Source: Antedon mediterranea (taxonomy: Eukaryota > Animalia > Echinodermata). Taken from it: DNA of 64,000 bases. Positions 1-13,026 of the stretch are shown piece by piece; the first letter of the stretch is position 1; each line of letters starts with the position of its first letter. Below the pieces are notes generated by a model. That model did not search any database and was not told the origin of the DNA. It was given only the letters and a program-made list of their open reading frames with translations. Made by a program: the position numbers and the translations under genes. The stretch covers positions 9,903,432-9,967,431 of the forward strand of contig NC_092679.1 in NCBI RefSeq assembly GCF_964355755.1. Reading direction: 5' to 3'.

Positions 1-93
1 CACATGTTTATTTTTCTTTGTGCTTATTACCATATTTATTTGTAATTTAAATGGATTAAAAAACTTTCTGTAACCCACATTTTTAGTGTAAGT

Positions 94-166
94 GGTTTTC
101 GTAGTGTAGTGGTTGTCAAGTCTGCTTAACACGCAGAAGGTCCCGGTTCGAGCCCTGGCGAAACCT
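94..166 (+). tRNA. tRNA-Val(AAC)-like gene, probably degenerate
   Basis: GGTTTTCGTAGTGTAGTGGTTGTCAAGTCTGCTTAACACGCAGAAGGTCCCGGTTCGAGCCCTGGCGAAACCT. Anticodon arm TCTGC-TTAACAC-GCAGA. Mismatches in the D and T stems and an extra T in the acceptor stem. Confidence 0.7.
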
Positions 167-327
167 CGGGTTTCTTTTACTTTATGGTGAAATAACTGTA
201 TACGTCTGTATACAGCTTCTTTCGCTGTACCCCGAGTATTGCACATTCGTGCTTTTTTGTTAATTAATTTGTTTAATTAAGAAGCCACATTGTGTGACAC
301 ACACCACAGCGTTATGTAGTTATATGC

Positions 328-399
328 GGCTTCTTGGCGTAGTGGTTATCACGTTTGCTCAATACGCAGAAGGTACCTGGTTCGAGCCCGGGCTAAACT
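328..399 (+). pseudogene. Degenerate tRNA-Val-like pseudogene
   Basis: TGGCGTAGTGGTTATCACG (A box/D arm) and GGTTCGAGCCC (B box) are retained. The anticodon loop is mutated and the acceptor stem is broken. Followed by a T run. Confidence 0.65.
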
Positions 400-606
400 T
401 TTTTTTTTAAACTTTATGGTGAAAAGTACTGTATACGCAATATGATAATTATACACAGTATATCTTATTATTTTTTTAAATACTTATTTTGTGTAATCGG
501 TAATTATCACTTTTACACATGTTTATTTTGCTTTGTGCTTATTACCATTTATTTGTAATTTAAATGGATTAAAAAACTTTCTGTAACCCACAATTTTAAT
601 GTAAGA

Positions 607-678
607 GGTTTCGTAGTGTAGTGGTTGTCAAGTCTGCTTAACACGCAGAAGGTCCCGGTTCGAGCCCTGGCGAAACCT
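607..678 (+). tRNA. tRNA-Val(AAC)-like gene, possibly degenerate
   Basis: Acceptor stem GGTTTCG/CGAAACC pairs perfectly, anticodon AAC, T-run terminator. Same D/T-stem mismatches as the copy at 94. Confidence 0.75.
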
Positions 679-1834
679 ATTTTTCTTTAACTTTCTAACT
701 GTATACGTCTGTATACAGCTTCTTTCGCTGTACCCCGAGTATTGCACATTCGTGCTTGTTAAAATCAGAAACAAAGTTACATGGCATTATTTTTCATTGA
801 TTTATTATTCATTTCATATAAATAGAGTATTATCAGCTCTTCAGTCATCTACTGGTTTGAGGCGTAACGGGTAATGCTCAAGTTTGAGTGCTCGCAGTAG
901 TGGGTTCGAACCTCTAGCGATATTTCTTTTATTTTTTTTTTAATTGAAAATAAATATTTTTTTTTAAAGTGAGATATTTTGAGGGTTGTAAATGTCAGGC
1001 CTAAACAAATGAACCTTTTTTAAAATCAGAAACAAAGTTGCATGGCATTATTTTTCATTGATTGATCATTAATTTCATATAAATAGACTATTATCAGTTC
1101 TTCAGTTATCTACTGGTTTGTGGCGTAACGGGTAATACCCAGGTTTGAGTGCTCTCAGTAGCGTGTTCAAACCTCTAGGGATATTGCTTTTTTTTTACTT
1201 ATTGAAAATAAATATTTTTGTTGAAAATGAGATATTTTTTAGGGTTGTGAATGTCAGGCCTAAAAAAATGAATCTTTTTTAAAATCAGAAACAAAGTTGC
1301 ATGGCATTATTTTTCATTGATTGATCATTCATTTCATATAAATAGACTATTATCAGCTCTTCAGTCATCTACTGGTTTGTGGCGTAACGTGTAATGCTCA
1401 GGTTTGAGTGCTCTGAGTAGTGGGTCGAACCTCTAGGGATTTTTTTTTTCTTTTTTTTTTTAAATATGGTTTTTGAAAGTGAGATATTTTGAGGGTTGTA
1501 AATGTCAGGCCTAAACAAGTGAACCTTTTTTAAAATCAGAAACAAAGTTGCATTGCATTATTTTTCATTGATTGATCATTAATTTCATATAAATAGACTA
1601 TTATCACCTCTTCAGTTATCTACTGGTTTGTGGCTTAACGGGTAATACCCAGGTTTGAGTGCTCTCAGTAGCGGGTTCCAACCTCTAGGGATATTGCTTT
1701 TTTTTCTTATTGAAAATAAATATTTATTTTGAAAATGAGATATTTTTTAGGGTTGTGAATGTCAGGCCTAAAAAAATGGATCTTTTTTAAAATCAGAAAC
1801 AAAGTTGCATGGCATTATTTTTCATTGATTGATC

Positions 1835-3855
1835 TGTTTGTTTCTGTCCACCGAACTCTCCAGTCTCCTTCTGGAATGACTTTAGTAACAATTTTCTTCT
1901 GCCTTTATTACCTCACTTACCAAAGTATGATGATATTTTTATTGTTAACGGTGTGAATGTTTCGTCACACCCTGTAACTGCTAGTTCATTTAATGATTTT
2001 TTTGTTTCTGTTTTTAACCCACCCATAATTTCCAGCTGTGAACCTCCGGTTTGTAATGTCCTAATCCCTGAACTTTCTCAACTTAACTTTAACGTCTACA
2101 ATGTTGAGAAGGTGATTAATGAACTTTCGTCTAATAAATCTCCAGGTCCTGATTCCGTGCATCCATACATATTGAAATCTGCTTCCGAATTTATTGCTCC
2201 AACCATTATTTAATTTGTTTAACTTGTCCCTGCATATGGGGGAAATCCCCGCTAAGTGGAAAATGTCACATATCACTCCTATGTTTAAATCTGTTGATAA
2301 AAATGCAATTTGTAATTACAAACCAATATCCCTTACCCCTATATGTTCGAAACTGCTTGAAAAAATACTGTTTTCAAGTATATCTGATCACGTTGCTTAT
2401 AATTGTCCAATTACTGAAGTCCAGCACGGTTTTTTCCCTCCCGTTCCTATGTTACCCAACTTACCAACCTAACTCATTCCTGGGCATCTTCGCTAGATAA
2501 AACTAAAGCCCCCAGAATTGATGTTATCTTTCTCGACTACGCCAAAGCGTTTGATAAACTGCCTCACCATATTATTTTAAATAAGCTGGCTAGTCTCTTC
2601 AATATCAGAGGCAATGTCTGGAAATGGATCAAGTCATTTCTTTTGTGACGTTCCTAAAGAGTCTTGTATCAAGGATCCATTAGCCCATCATCCCCAGTTA
2701 CCTCTGGCATACCACAGGGCAGCGTACTTGGACCCCTTATTTTTAACTTATTTATAAATGACCTTCCCTCATCTATTATTTCTCCATGTGCATTGTTTGC
2801 CGATGACACGATAATTTATAGAAATATATTTACTGTAGACGATGAAGTTGTTCTTCAGTGCGATCTGATCAGGCTTTACTCTTGGTGTGATCTAAATGAA
2901 ATGGAGCTTAACTTAAATAAAACCAAGGTTCTCCACATTACAAGATCAAGGAAAGAGTATAGATCTGTTTATCGTATAAATGACTTGCCTATTAAATCCG
3001 TATCTAGTCATTGTCATCTGGGGGTCACGATTAATAGTGAACTTACTTGGGATGACCATGTAAACTTAATTATTTCTCGTTCAAATCGAATGTTGGGTTT
3101 TATTACTAGTATTGCAGGAGGATCATCCCCTTCAGCTATTTTCTCACTCTATAAAGCTCTCATTGTCCCCATCCTTGAATATGGTGTCCCAGCGTGGTTG
3201 CCTCGAACCAAAAAACTTACGGAACGTATCGAGACAGTCCAGCGAAGGGCTACTAGGCTTGTCCTTAAACCAACAAGAGGTGAAATGGAATACGAGGAAC
3301 GTCTCACTAAGCTAAATTGGCCTACACTATCTAATCGAAGAAATTATCTTCTGTTATCCTTTATTTGTAAATCACTTATTGGAACGGTTGATTGTAGTAG
3401 TGTTCGTCAATCTATAGTTGTTAATGGCCGTCACCTTGATACACTTCAGTTCATTCATCACTATGCTCGAACCAATTGTCTTCATCATTCCGCTATTAAC
3501 ATATTCCCTAGGTTGTGGGAAGAATTACCGGAAATGATTAAAAATTCTTTAATTTTAGACAGTTTTCCAACATTTTTAAATTCACTTAAATCACATGTTT
3601 TATATTGACTTTGTTGAATCGACTATAATGCATTTTATCCGTTTATTTTATATTGACACTGTTGATTCGTCTATTTGTTATTTAAATATTTTTATATAGT
3701 TTATTATATATCATTGTTGTTACTTTGTGAGTACGGGACCTGAACTCTTGCTATAGTGATTAGGTTCACTTTTAGGTTCCTGCCTACTCCCTTAGTTTCT
3801 GTGTTTTTGTTTGTTTGTATCTGGTTTTTGGCAATAAATAATAATAATAATAATA
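1835..3855 (+). mobile_element. 5'-truncated CR1-type non-LTR retrotransposon
   Basis: RT fragments KSPGPDSVHP, NYKPISLT, PQGSVLGP, LFADD and a CR1-like C-terminus (LEYG..W.P...IETVQRRATR...YEERL). AATAAA then an (AAT)n tail to 3855. Splits the satellite at gattgatc|attcattt with no clear TSD. Confidence 0.88.
1953..3608 (+). pseudogene. Frameshifted reverse transcriptase (ORF2 remnant) of the CR1-type LINE
   Basis: ORF pieces 1953-2213, 2194-2472 and 2664-3608 are consecutive parts of one RT, broken by frameshifts and stops. Confidence 0.85.
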
Positions 3856-6670
3856 ATTCATTTCATATAAATAGACTATTATCAGCTCTTCAGGTATCTA
3901 CTGGTTTGTGGCGTAACGGGTAATGCTCAGGTTTGAGTGCTCTGAGTAGTGGGTCGAACCTCTAGGGATATTTTTTTCCTTTTTTTTTTAAATTGAAAAT
4001 AAATATGGTTTTTGAAAGTGAGATATTTTGAGGGTTGTAAATGTCAGGCCTAAACAAGTGGACCTTTTTTGAAATCAGAAACAAAGTTGCATGGCATTAT
4101 TTTTCATTGATTGATCATTAATTTCATATATATAGACTATTATCAGCTCCTAAGTCATCTACTGGTTTGTGGCGTAACGGGTAATGCTCAGGTTTGAGTG
4201 CTCTCAGTAGTGGGTTCGAACCTATACGGGTATTTTTTTTCTTTTTTTTTTAATTGAAAATAAATATTGTTTTTGAAAGTGAGATACTTTGAGGGTTGCA
4301 ACTGTCAGGCCTAAACAAGTGAACCTTTTTTAAAATCAGAAACAGAGTTGCATAACATCATTTTACATTGATGGATCATTCATTTTATATAAATAGACTA
4401 TTATCAGCTCTTCACTCATCTACTGGTTTGTGGCGTAACCGGTAATGCTCAGGTTTGAGTTATCTCAGTATGGGGTTCGAACCTCTAGGAATATTTTTTT
4501 TCTTTTTTTTTTATTTGAAAATAAATATTGTTTTTGAAAGTGAGATATTTTGTATGGTTTTAAATGTCAAGCCTAACCAAGTGGACCTTTTTTAAAATCA
4601 GAAACAAAGTTGCATAGCATTATTTTACATTGATGGATCATTCATTTCATATAAATAGACTATTATCAGCTCTTCACTCATCTACTGGTTTGTGGCGTAA
4701 CCGGTAGTGCTCAGGTTTGAGTTCTCGCAGTAGTGGGTTCGAATCTCTACGAATATTATTTTTCTTTCTTTTTTTTAATTGAAAATAAATATTGTTTTTG
4801 AAAGTGAGATATTTTTAAATTGAAAATAAATATTGTTTTTGAAAGTGAGATATTTTGAGGGTTGTAAATGTCAGGCCTAAACAAGTGGACCTTTTTTAAA
4901 ATCAGAAACAAAGTTGCATGGCATTATTTTTCATTGATTTATTATTTATTTCATATAAATAGAGTATTATCAGCTCTTCAGTCATCTACTGGTTTGTGGC
5001 GTAACGGGTAATGCTCAAGTTTGAGTGCTCTCACTAGTGGATTCGAACCTCTACTGATATTTTGTTTTTTTATTTTTTTTTTATTTAAAATAAATATTGT
5101 TTTTGAAAGTGAGATATTTTGAGGGTTGTAAATGTCAGGCCTAAACAAGTGAACCTTTTTTAAAATCAGAAACAAAGTTGCATGGCATTATTTTTCATTG
5201 ATTTATTATTCATTTCATATAAATAGAGTATTATCAGCTCTTCAGTCATCTAATGGTTTGAGGCGTAACGGGTAATGCTCAAGTTTGAGTGCTCGAAGTA
5301 GTGGGTTCGGACCTCTAGGGATATTTCTTTTCTTTTTTTTTTAAATTGAAAATAAATATTTTTTTTGAAAGTGAGATATTTTGAGGGTTGTAAATGTCAG
5401 GCCTAAACAAATGAACCTTTTTTTTAAATCAGAAACAAAGTGGCATGGCATTATTTTTCATTGATTGATCATTAATTTCATATAAATAGACTATTATCAG
5501 CTGTTCAGTTTTCTACTGGTTTGTGGCGTAACAGGTAATACCCAGGGTTGAGTGCTCTGAGTAGTGGGTCGAACCTCTAGGGATATTGCTTTTTTTTTCT
5601 TATTGAAAATAAATATTTTTTGTGAAAATGAGATATTTTTTAGGGTTGTGAATGTCAGGCCTAAACAAGTGAACCTTTTTTAAAATCAGAAACAAAGTTG
5701 CATGGCATTATTTTTCATTGATTGATCATTCATTTCATATAAATAGACTATTATCAGCTCCTCAGTCATCTACTGGTTTGTGGCGTAACGGGTAATGCTC
5801 AGGTTTGAGTGCTCTGAGTAGTGGGTCGAACCTCTAGAGATATTTTTCTATATTTTTTTTTTAAATAGAAAATAAATATGGTTTTTTAAAAGTGAGATAT
5901 TTTGAGGATTGTAAATGTCAGGCCTAAACAAGTGGACATTTTTTAAAATCAGAAACAAAGTTGCATGGCATTATTTTTCATTCATTGATCATTCATTTCA
6001 TATATATAGACTATTATCAGCTCCTCAGTCATCTACTGGTTTGGGGCGTAACGGGTAATGTTTAGGCTTGAGTGCTCTCAGTAGTGGGTTCGAACCTATA
6101 CGGGTATTTTTTTCTTTTTTTTTTAATTGGAAATAAATATTGTTTTTGAAAGTGAGATATTTTGAGGGTTTCAACTGTCAGGCCTAAACAAGTGAACCTT
6201 TTATAAAATCAGAAACAAAGTTGCATGGCATTATTTTTCATTGATTGATCATCCATTTTATATAAATAGACTTTTATCAGCTCTTCAGTCATATACTGGT
6301 TTGCGGCTAACGGGTAATGCTCAGGTTTGAGTGATTTCAATAGTGGGTTCGAACTTCTAGGGATATTTTTTTTCTTTTTTTTTTATTTGAAAATAAATAT
6401 TGTTTTTGAAAGTGAGATATTTTTATGGTTTTAAATGTCAAGCCTAACCAAGTGGACCTTTTTTTAAATCAGAAACAAAGTTGCATAACATCATTTTACA
6501 TTGATGGATCATTCATTTCATATAAATAAACTATTATCAGCTCTTCACTCATCTACTGGTTTGTGGCGTCACCGGTAATGCTCAGGTTTGAGTTCTCTCA
6601 GTAGTGGGTTCGAACCTCTAGGAATATTTTTTTCTTTTTTTTTAAATTGAAAATAAATATTGTTTTTGAA

Positions 6671-7940
6671 ATCAAATACATGTAAAAAGACTGCCATAAA
6701 GCCTTCAAAAGAAGCCAATGTGCTCCTTCATATTCAGTACTTCTTTTCCACCTGGAGTTCTTTTCGAGAGCTGCTGGGTTCCCGCCTGGAAAATGTTTTA
6801 TTTACATGATTTGAACCATATTCTAATGTAAATATTAACAGCATCAAAATTTAACAGTGTGGCGTGTTGACCGCGAATGATTAACATATTATCTTCCCCA
6901 TAATACACGTGCACAAGCTCATTTGCATAACAACCACGACGGCATACCAAACTGTTTAAAATAAAAAAATATAGTTGCACAGACTCCCGCCTGAAAATGG
7001 TACTTTACATGATTTGAAATTATATGAAGCAAAATATATAAGACTAACAAGGACAATAGAGCTTGTCCCCGGAAAGTGCACCTATTCATTGAAATATGAA
7101 ATTAAATATTAGGTCTCCAGTAGGCCTACTAGCCCACCATGTTTGGGGCAGAGCTAATAATGAAAATAGAGCCCAGAATTGCGCTTATACTTATACTTAT
7201 TACCATACATAATCACCTATGATATTTATGATATTTGTTAAAAATTCAACTATCCAGATGCGAATTCAAAAGTTTAGGTAGAGTTTTCTACTTTAAAAAC
7301 TCGACTTCGTATATGCCTAAGGCCTAGCCCGGCGGCGGAACTATTCTAAGTTTCGAAATCAGTCTGGAAATCGGCATCTTTGCAAATGTTTTTATATTTG
7401 ATCTATTTCACTCTCCATTAACCCCATACAAAAATCATCGGAGACAAATTATCTGTTTAAAACATGTTTATTCTGGGACTGTGCGGCCATACACACCAAC
7501 TACCATCCATAAATGTTTATTCATAACATATTACAATACAATATCTTGCATGAATCGGACATTTCGCTACCAATGTAGCAACATTGGTTAACAAAATCAA
7601 AATTCAACAGTGTGGCGTGTTGACCGCGAATTACTAACAATTCTATCTTTCCAACTACACCTGCAAAAACTCATTTGCATAATAACAAACGGCATACCAA
7701 ACTACGGTGAGACATACATTCTCTTCTAAACACGTAACGAAGATAAATATATTTCTTTTTACATTAAATTGAGGGCACTAAACATAAAATTTACGAGATC
7801 AAATACATGTAGCGAAAGCCCAAAAAAAAATTTAAAAATGTGCTCTCCCTGCTTCAGCACTAAGGCCCTGCCACGGCCTTGGGGTCGTTTCCACCACATC
7901 ATCACCAGATGCATTGCTAGTGCCTTCTGAAGATGTGGCA
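6671..7940. repeat. ~1.3-kb non-satellite block, copy 1 of a ~2.7-kb tandem duplication
   Basis: Near-identical to 9361-10638 (atcaaatacatgtaaaaagactg...gaagatgtg). The satellite units upstream of each copy also correspond. Confidence 0.85.
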
Positions 7941-10529
7941 TGCCTTATGGCATAACGGGTAATGCTCAGTTTTGAGTGCTCCCAGTAGTGGGTTCGAACC
8001 TCTAAGGATATTTCTTTTCTTCTTTTTTTTTAATTGAAAATAAATATTTTTTTTAAAGTGAGATATTTTGAGGGTTGTAAATGTCAGGCCTAAACAAATG
8101 AACCTTTTTTAAAATCAGAAACAAAGTTGCATGGCATTATTTTTCATTGATTGATCATTAATTTCATATAAATAGTCTATTATCAGCTCTTCAGTTATCT
8201 ACTGGTTTGTGGCGTAACGGGTAATACCCAGGTTTGAGTGCTCTCAGTAGTAGCGGGTTTCAACCTCTAGGGATATTGCTTTTTTTTGTCTTTTGAAAAT
8301 GAATATATTTTTTTGAAAATGAGATATTTTTTAGGGTTGTGGATGTCAGGCCTAAACAAATGGATCTTTTTTAAAATCAGAAACAAAGTTGCATGGCATT
8401 ATTTTTCATTGATTGTTCATTCATTTCATATAAATAGACTATTATCAGCTCTTCTTTCATCTACTGGTTTGTGGCGTAACCGGTAATGCTCAGATTTGAG
8501 TGCTCTGAGTAGTGGGTCGATCTCTAGGGATATTTTTCTTTCTTTTTTTTTTAAATTGAAAATAAATATGGTTTTTTAAAAGTGAGATATTTTGAGGGTG
8601 GTAAATGTCAGGCCTAAACAAGTGGACATTTTTTAAAATCAGAAACAAAGTTGCATGGCATTATTTTTCATTGATTGATCATTCATTTCATATATATAGA
8701 CTATTATCAGCTCCTCAGTCATCTACTGGTTTGTGGCGTAACGGGTAATGCACAGGTTTGAGTGCTCTCAGTAGTGGGTTCGAACCTATACGGGTATTTT
8801 TTTCTTTTTTTTTTTATTGAAATGAAATATTGTTTTTGAAAGTGAGATATCTTGATGGTTGCAACTGTCAGGCCTAAAGAAGTGAACCTTTTTAAAAATC
8901 AGAAACAAAGTTGCATGGCATTATTTTTCATTGATTGATCATCCATTTCATATAAATAGACTATTATCAGCTCTTTAGTCATATACTGGTTTGCGGCGTA
9001 ACGGGTAATGCTCAGGTTTGAGTGATTTCAATAGTGGGTTCGAACTTCTAGGGATATTTTTTTCTTTTTTTTTTTACTTGAAAATAAATATTGTTTTTGA
9101 AAGTGAGATATTTTTATGGTTTTAAATGTCTAGCCTAACCAAGTGGACCTTTTTTAAATCAGAAACAAAGTTGCATAACATCATTTTACATTGATGGATC
9201 ATTCATTTCATTTAAATAAACTATTATCAGCTCTTCACTCATCTACTAGTTTGAGGCGTAACCGGTAATGCTCAGGTTTGAGTTCTCTCAGTAGTGGGTT
9301 CGAACCTCTAGGAATTTTTTTTCTTTTTTTTTTAAATTGAAAATAGATATTGTTTTTGAAATCAAATACATGTAAAAAGACTGTCATAAAGCCTCCAAAA
9401 GAAGCCAATGTGCTCCTTCATATTCAGTACTAATGGGTGAGCCTCTTTTCCACCTGGAGTTCTTTTCGAGAGCTGCTGGGTTCCCGCCCGGAAAATGTTT
9501 TATTTACATGATTTGAACAATATTCTAATGTAAATATTAACAGCATCAAAATTTAACAGTGTGGCGTGTTGACCGCGAATGATTAACATATTATCTTCCC
9601 CATAATACACGTGCACAAGCTCATTTGCATAACAACCACGACGGCATACCAAACTGTTTAAAATAAAAAATAGAGTTGCACAGACTCCCGCCTGAAAATG
9701 GTACTTTACATGATTTGAAATTATATGAAACAAAATATATAAGCCTAACAAGGACAATAGAGCTTGTCCACGGAAAGTGCACCTATTTATTGAAATATGA
9801 AATTAAATATTAGGTCTCCAGTAGGCCTACTAGCCCACCATGTTTGGGGGCAGAGCTAATAATGAAAATAGAGCCCATAATTGCACTTATACTTATACTT
9901 ATTACCATACATAATCACCTATGATAATTATGATATTTGTTAAAAATTCAACTATCCAGATGCGAATTCAAAAGTTTAGGTAGAGTTTTCTACTTTAAAA
10001 ACTCGACTTCGTATATGCCTAAGGCCTAGCCCGGCGGCGGAATTAGTCTAAGTTTCGAAATCAGTCTGGAAATCGGCATCTTTGCAAATGTTCTATATTT
10101 GATCTATTTCACTCTCCATTAACCCCATACAAAAATCATCGGAGACAAATTATTTGTTTAAAACATGTTTATTCTGGGACGGTGCGGCCATACACACCAA
10201 CTACCATCCATAAATGTTTATTCATAACATATTACAATACAATATCTTGCATGAATCGGACATTTCGCTACCAATGTAGCAACATTGATTAACAAAATCA
10301 AAATTCAACAGTGTGGCGTGTTGACCGCGAATTACTAACAATACCATCTTTCCCACTACACCTGCAAAAACTCATTTGCATAATAACAAACGGCATACCA
10401 AACTACGGTGAGACATACATTCTCTTCTAAACACGTAACGAAGATAAATTATTTTCTTTTTACATTAAATTGAGGGCGCTAAACATAAAATTTACGAGAT
10501 CAAATACATGTAGCGAAAGCCAAAAAAAA

Positions 10530-10700
10530 ATTTAAAAATGTGCTCTCCCTGCCTCAGCACTAAGGCCCTGCCACGGCCTTGGGGTCGTTTCCACCACATC
10601 ATCACCAGATGCATTGCTAGTGCCTTCTCAAGATGTGTGATGGAAAGGGGGACGTAAATTCTGTGAACCCTAAACACAGTTGGTCGATTACCTTTAACTC
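10530..10700 (+). mobile_element. Possible SINE body fragment (Meta/MESC-like central domain); truncated copy at ~7830-7937
   Basis: GC-richer island taaaaatg...ctccctgcctcagcactaagg...ggggacgtaaa resembles the conserved central domains of metazoan SINEs. Recognised by eye only. Confidence 0.3.
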
Positions 10701-10708
10701 TATTTCAC

Positions 10709-10781
10709 CGACCAGCGTGGGAATCGAACCCACGACATATGTGTTGTCAACACGGCGCTCAGTCGTCTGAGCTAACTGGCC
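10709..10781 (-). pseudogene. tRNA-like sequence (Ile-like body, anticodon reads GAC); probable pseudogene
   Basis: Reverse complement GGCCAGTTAGCTCAGACGACTGAGCGCCGTGTTGACAACACATATGTCGTGGGTTCGATTCCCACGCTGGTCG. Acceptor and T stems pair; the anticodon stem has 2 mismatches; the D loop lacks GG. Confidence 0.65.
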
Positions 10782-12137
10782 ATTTTGGTTTTAGAAATGT
10801 TAATATGATATTTATGACGTAATGATGAATTACGTAATACACTTATAAATAGACTATTATAAACTGTTCTGTCGTGTACTACTTTATGGCATAACGGGTA
10901 ATGCTCAGTTTTGAGTGCTCCCAGTAGTGGGTTCGAACCTGTAAGGATATTTTTTTTTTATTTGAAAACAAATATTGTTTTTGAAAGTGAGATATTTTGA
11001 GGGTTGTAAATATCAGGCCTAAACAATTGGACCTTTTTTAAAATCAGAAACAAAGTTGCATGGCATTATTTTTCATTGATGTATTATTTATTTCATATAA
11101 ATAGAGTATTATCAGCTCTTCAGTCATCTACTGGTTTGTGGCGTAACGGGTAATGCTCAAGTTTGAGTGCTCTCACTATTGGGTTCGAACCTCTAAGGAT
11201 ATTTCTTTTCTTTTTTTTTTTAAATTGAAAATAAATATTTTTGTTAAAAGTGAGATATTTTGAGGGTTGTAAATGTCAGGCCTAAACAAAATGAACCTTT
11301 TTTAAAATCAGAAACAAAGTTGCATGGCATTATTTTTCATTGATTGATCATTAATTTTATATAAATAGACTATTATCAGCTCTTCAGTTATCTACTGGTT
11401 TGTGGCGTAACGGGTAATACCCAGGTTTGAGTGCTCTCAGTAGCGGGTTCCAACCGCTAGGGATATTGCTTTTTTTTTCTTATTGAAAATAAATATTTTT
11501 TTGGAAAGTGAGATATTTTGAGGGTTGTAAATGTCAGGCCTAAACAAATGAACCTTTTTTTAAAATCAGAAACAAAGTTGCATGGCATTATTTTTCATTG
11601 ATTGATCATTAATTTCATATAAATAGACTATTATCAGCTCTTCAGTTATCTACTGGTTTGTAGCGTAACAGGTAATACCCAGGTTTGAGTGCTCTAAGTA
11701 GTGGGTCGAACCTCTAGGGATATTGCTTTTTTTTTTCTTATTGAAAATAAATATTTTTTTTTGAAAATGAGATATTTTTTAGGGTTGTGAATGTCAGGCC
11801 TACTCAAGTGAACCTTTTTTTAAATCAGAAACAAAGTTGCATGGCATTATTTTTCATTGATTGATCATTCATTTCATATAAATAGACTATTATCAGCTCC
11901 TCAGTCATCAACTGGTTTGTGGCGTAACGGGTAATTCTCAGGTTTGCGTGCTCTTAGTAGTGGGTTCGAACCTCCAGAGATTTTTTTTTTTTTTTAAATT
12001 GAAAATAAATATTGTTTTTGAAAGTGAGATATTTTGAGGGTTGTAAATATCAGGCCTAATCAAGTGGACCTTTTTTAAAATCAGAAACAAAGTTGCATTG
12101 CATTATTTTTCATTGATTTATTATTTATTTCATATAA

Positions 12138-12978
12138 TGTAATATAACGATATACTTTTATATTTAAGAAATTGACCTTTGTATCGGAATTCAAATAGGT
12201 TCACAAACTTGACCCAGAAAGTCCAGAGGAGAGTTTGTCCAGATGTTTTAATGACCATTTAGTTTATAATAGAATCCTTAAAGAAAACACTTAGCTTAAT
12301 TTTGCGACTGTTCCCATCGTAAAACAATTAGATATTGACAGTTTTAAGCAGAGATTCGACAGGGCCAATTCATCATTGTAACCTCCCCAGATAAGATCAA
12401 TCACTCCCACTTAAACACCCCTGGATCAACTTAGGACCAATCGTTACCCTCACAGATTACGTAGTGACATATGCAAATGAACCGAGGGCCAATATACTCC
12501 CAAGTTTCAGAAGGGCTCAGGGACACCTTACAGCCATTTCACGGAGCACACACCTCACAGCCACTTCTTCAGAAGCAGACCTACACACTTCACACCTCAC
12601 CGACAGCATCATTGATCCTCCGTTCCTTATCTATACTTATAGTTGTATATTGTACTGAGGTATTATACTGAATAAACAATATATGTGTTACGACAGTCAA
12701 GCGAGTAAGAGTCTTCATTAGTACCTCAACAACGCAAACATTATATTACATGGTGGAAGACCCAAATCTTATGAGGAACAGAGTGAGAAAACAGAATAAC
12801 AAGAAAACAAGAAATAAACACTTAACAAGACACGAAGACGAAGACGAAGACAAAAATAACCATATTTGTTTGAAAGGAGAAAACCAGAAATTTACTTTGA
12901 CTCAAAAGACAAGCTGAAATTATATTTGAATGAGTTCGAGACAAGTAGAAATTTTATCAAAATTATTACCATTTGATG
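12138..12978 (+). mobile_element. LTR retrotransposon fragment: 613-bp 5' LTR, PBS and short internal region
   Basis: TGTAATATAA (12138) and TTATATTACA (12750) form a perfect 10-bp terminal inverted repeat with TG..CA ends. AATAAA at 12671. TGGTGGAAGA (PBS-like) follows immediately. A short gag-like frame PEIYFDSKDKLKLYLNEFE precedes the truncation. Confidence 0.75.
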
Positions 12979-13026
12979 ATAGAGTATTATCAGCTCTTCA
13001 GTCATCTACTGGTTTGTGGCGTAACG

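Larger units (their letters stand above)
1..757 (+). repeat. End of a tandem array (~515-bp unit) carrying tRNA-Val-like copies
   Basis: cacatgtttattt...tgtgcttattacc recurs at 1 and 516. Each unit contains a tRNA-Val copy followed by taactgtatacgtctgtatacagc. Confidence 0.8.
9361..10845. repeat. Copy 2 of the block, with ~200 bp of extra 3' sequence
   Basis: Matches 6671-7940 and continues through tgatggaaagggggacgtaaat and a minus-strand tRNA-like sequence that copy 1 lacks. Confidence 0.85.
758..13026 (+). repeat. ~260-bp tandem satellite with a tRNA-like Pol III core (interrupted)
   Basis: aaaatcagaaacaaag recurs at 761, 1022, 1281, 1532, 1788 and onward. Each unit has TGGCGTAACGGGT (A box-like), GGTTCGAACC (B box) and a poly-T tract. 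Interrupted at 1835-3855, 6671-7940, 9361-10845 and 12138-12978. Confidence 0.9.

Noticed and set aside
4978-10677. Short 60-85-aa ORFs in the satellite and duplicated block
   Set aside because: Low-complexity chance ORFs that recur only because the DNA is repeated.
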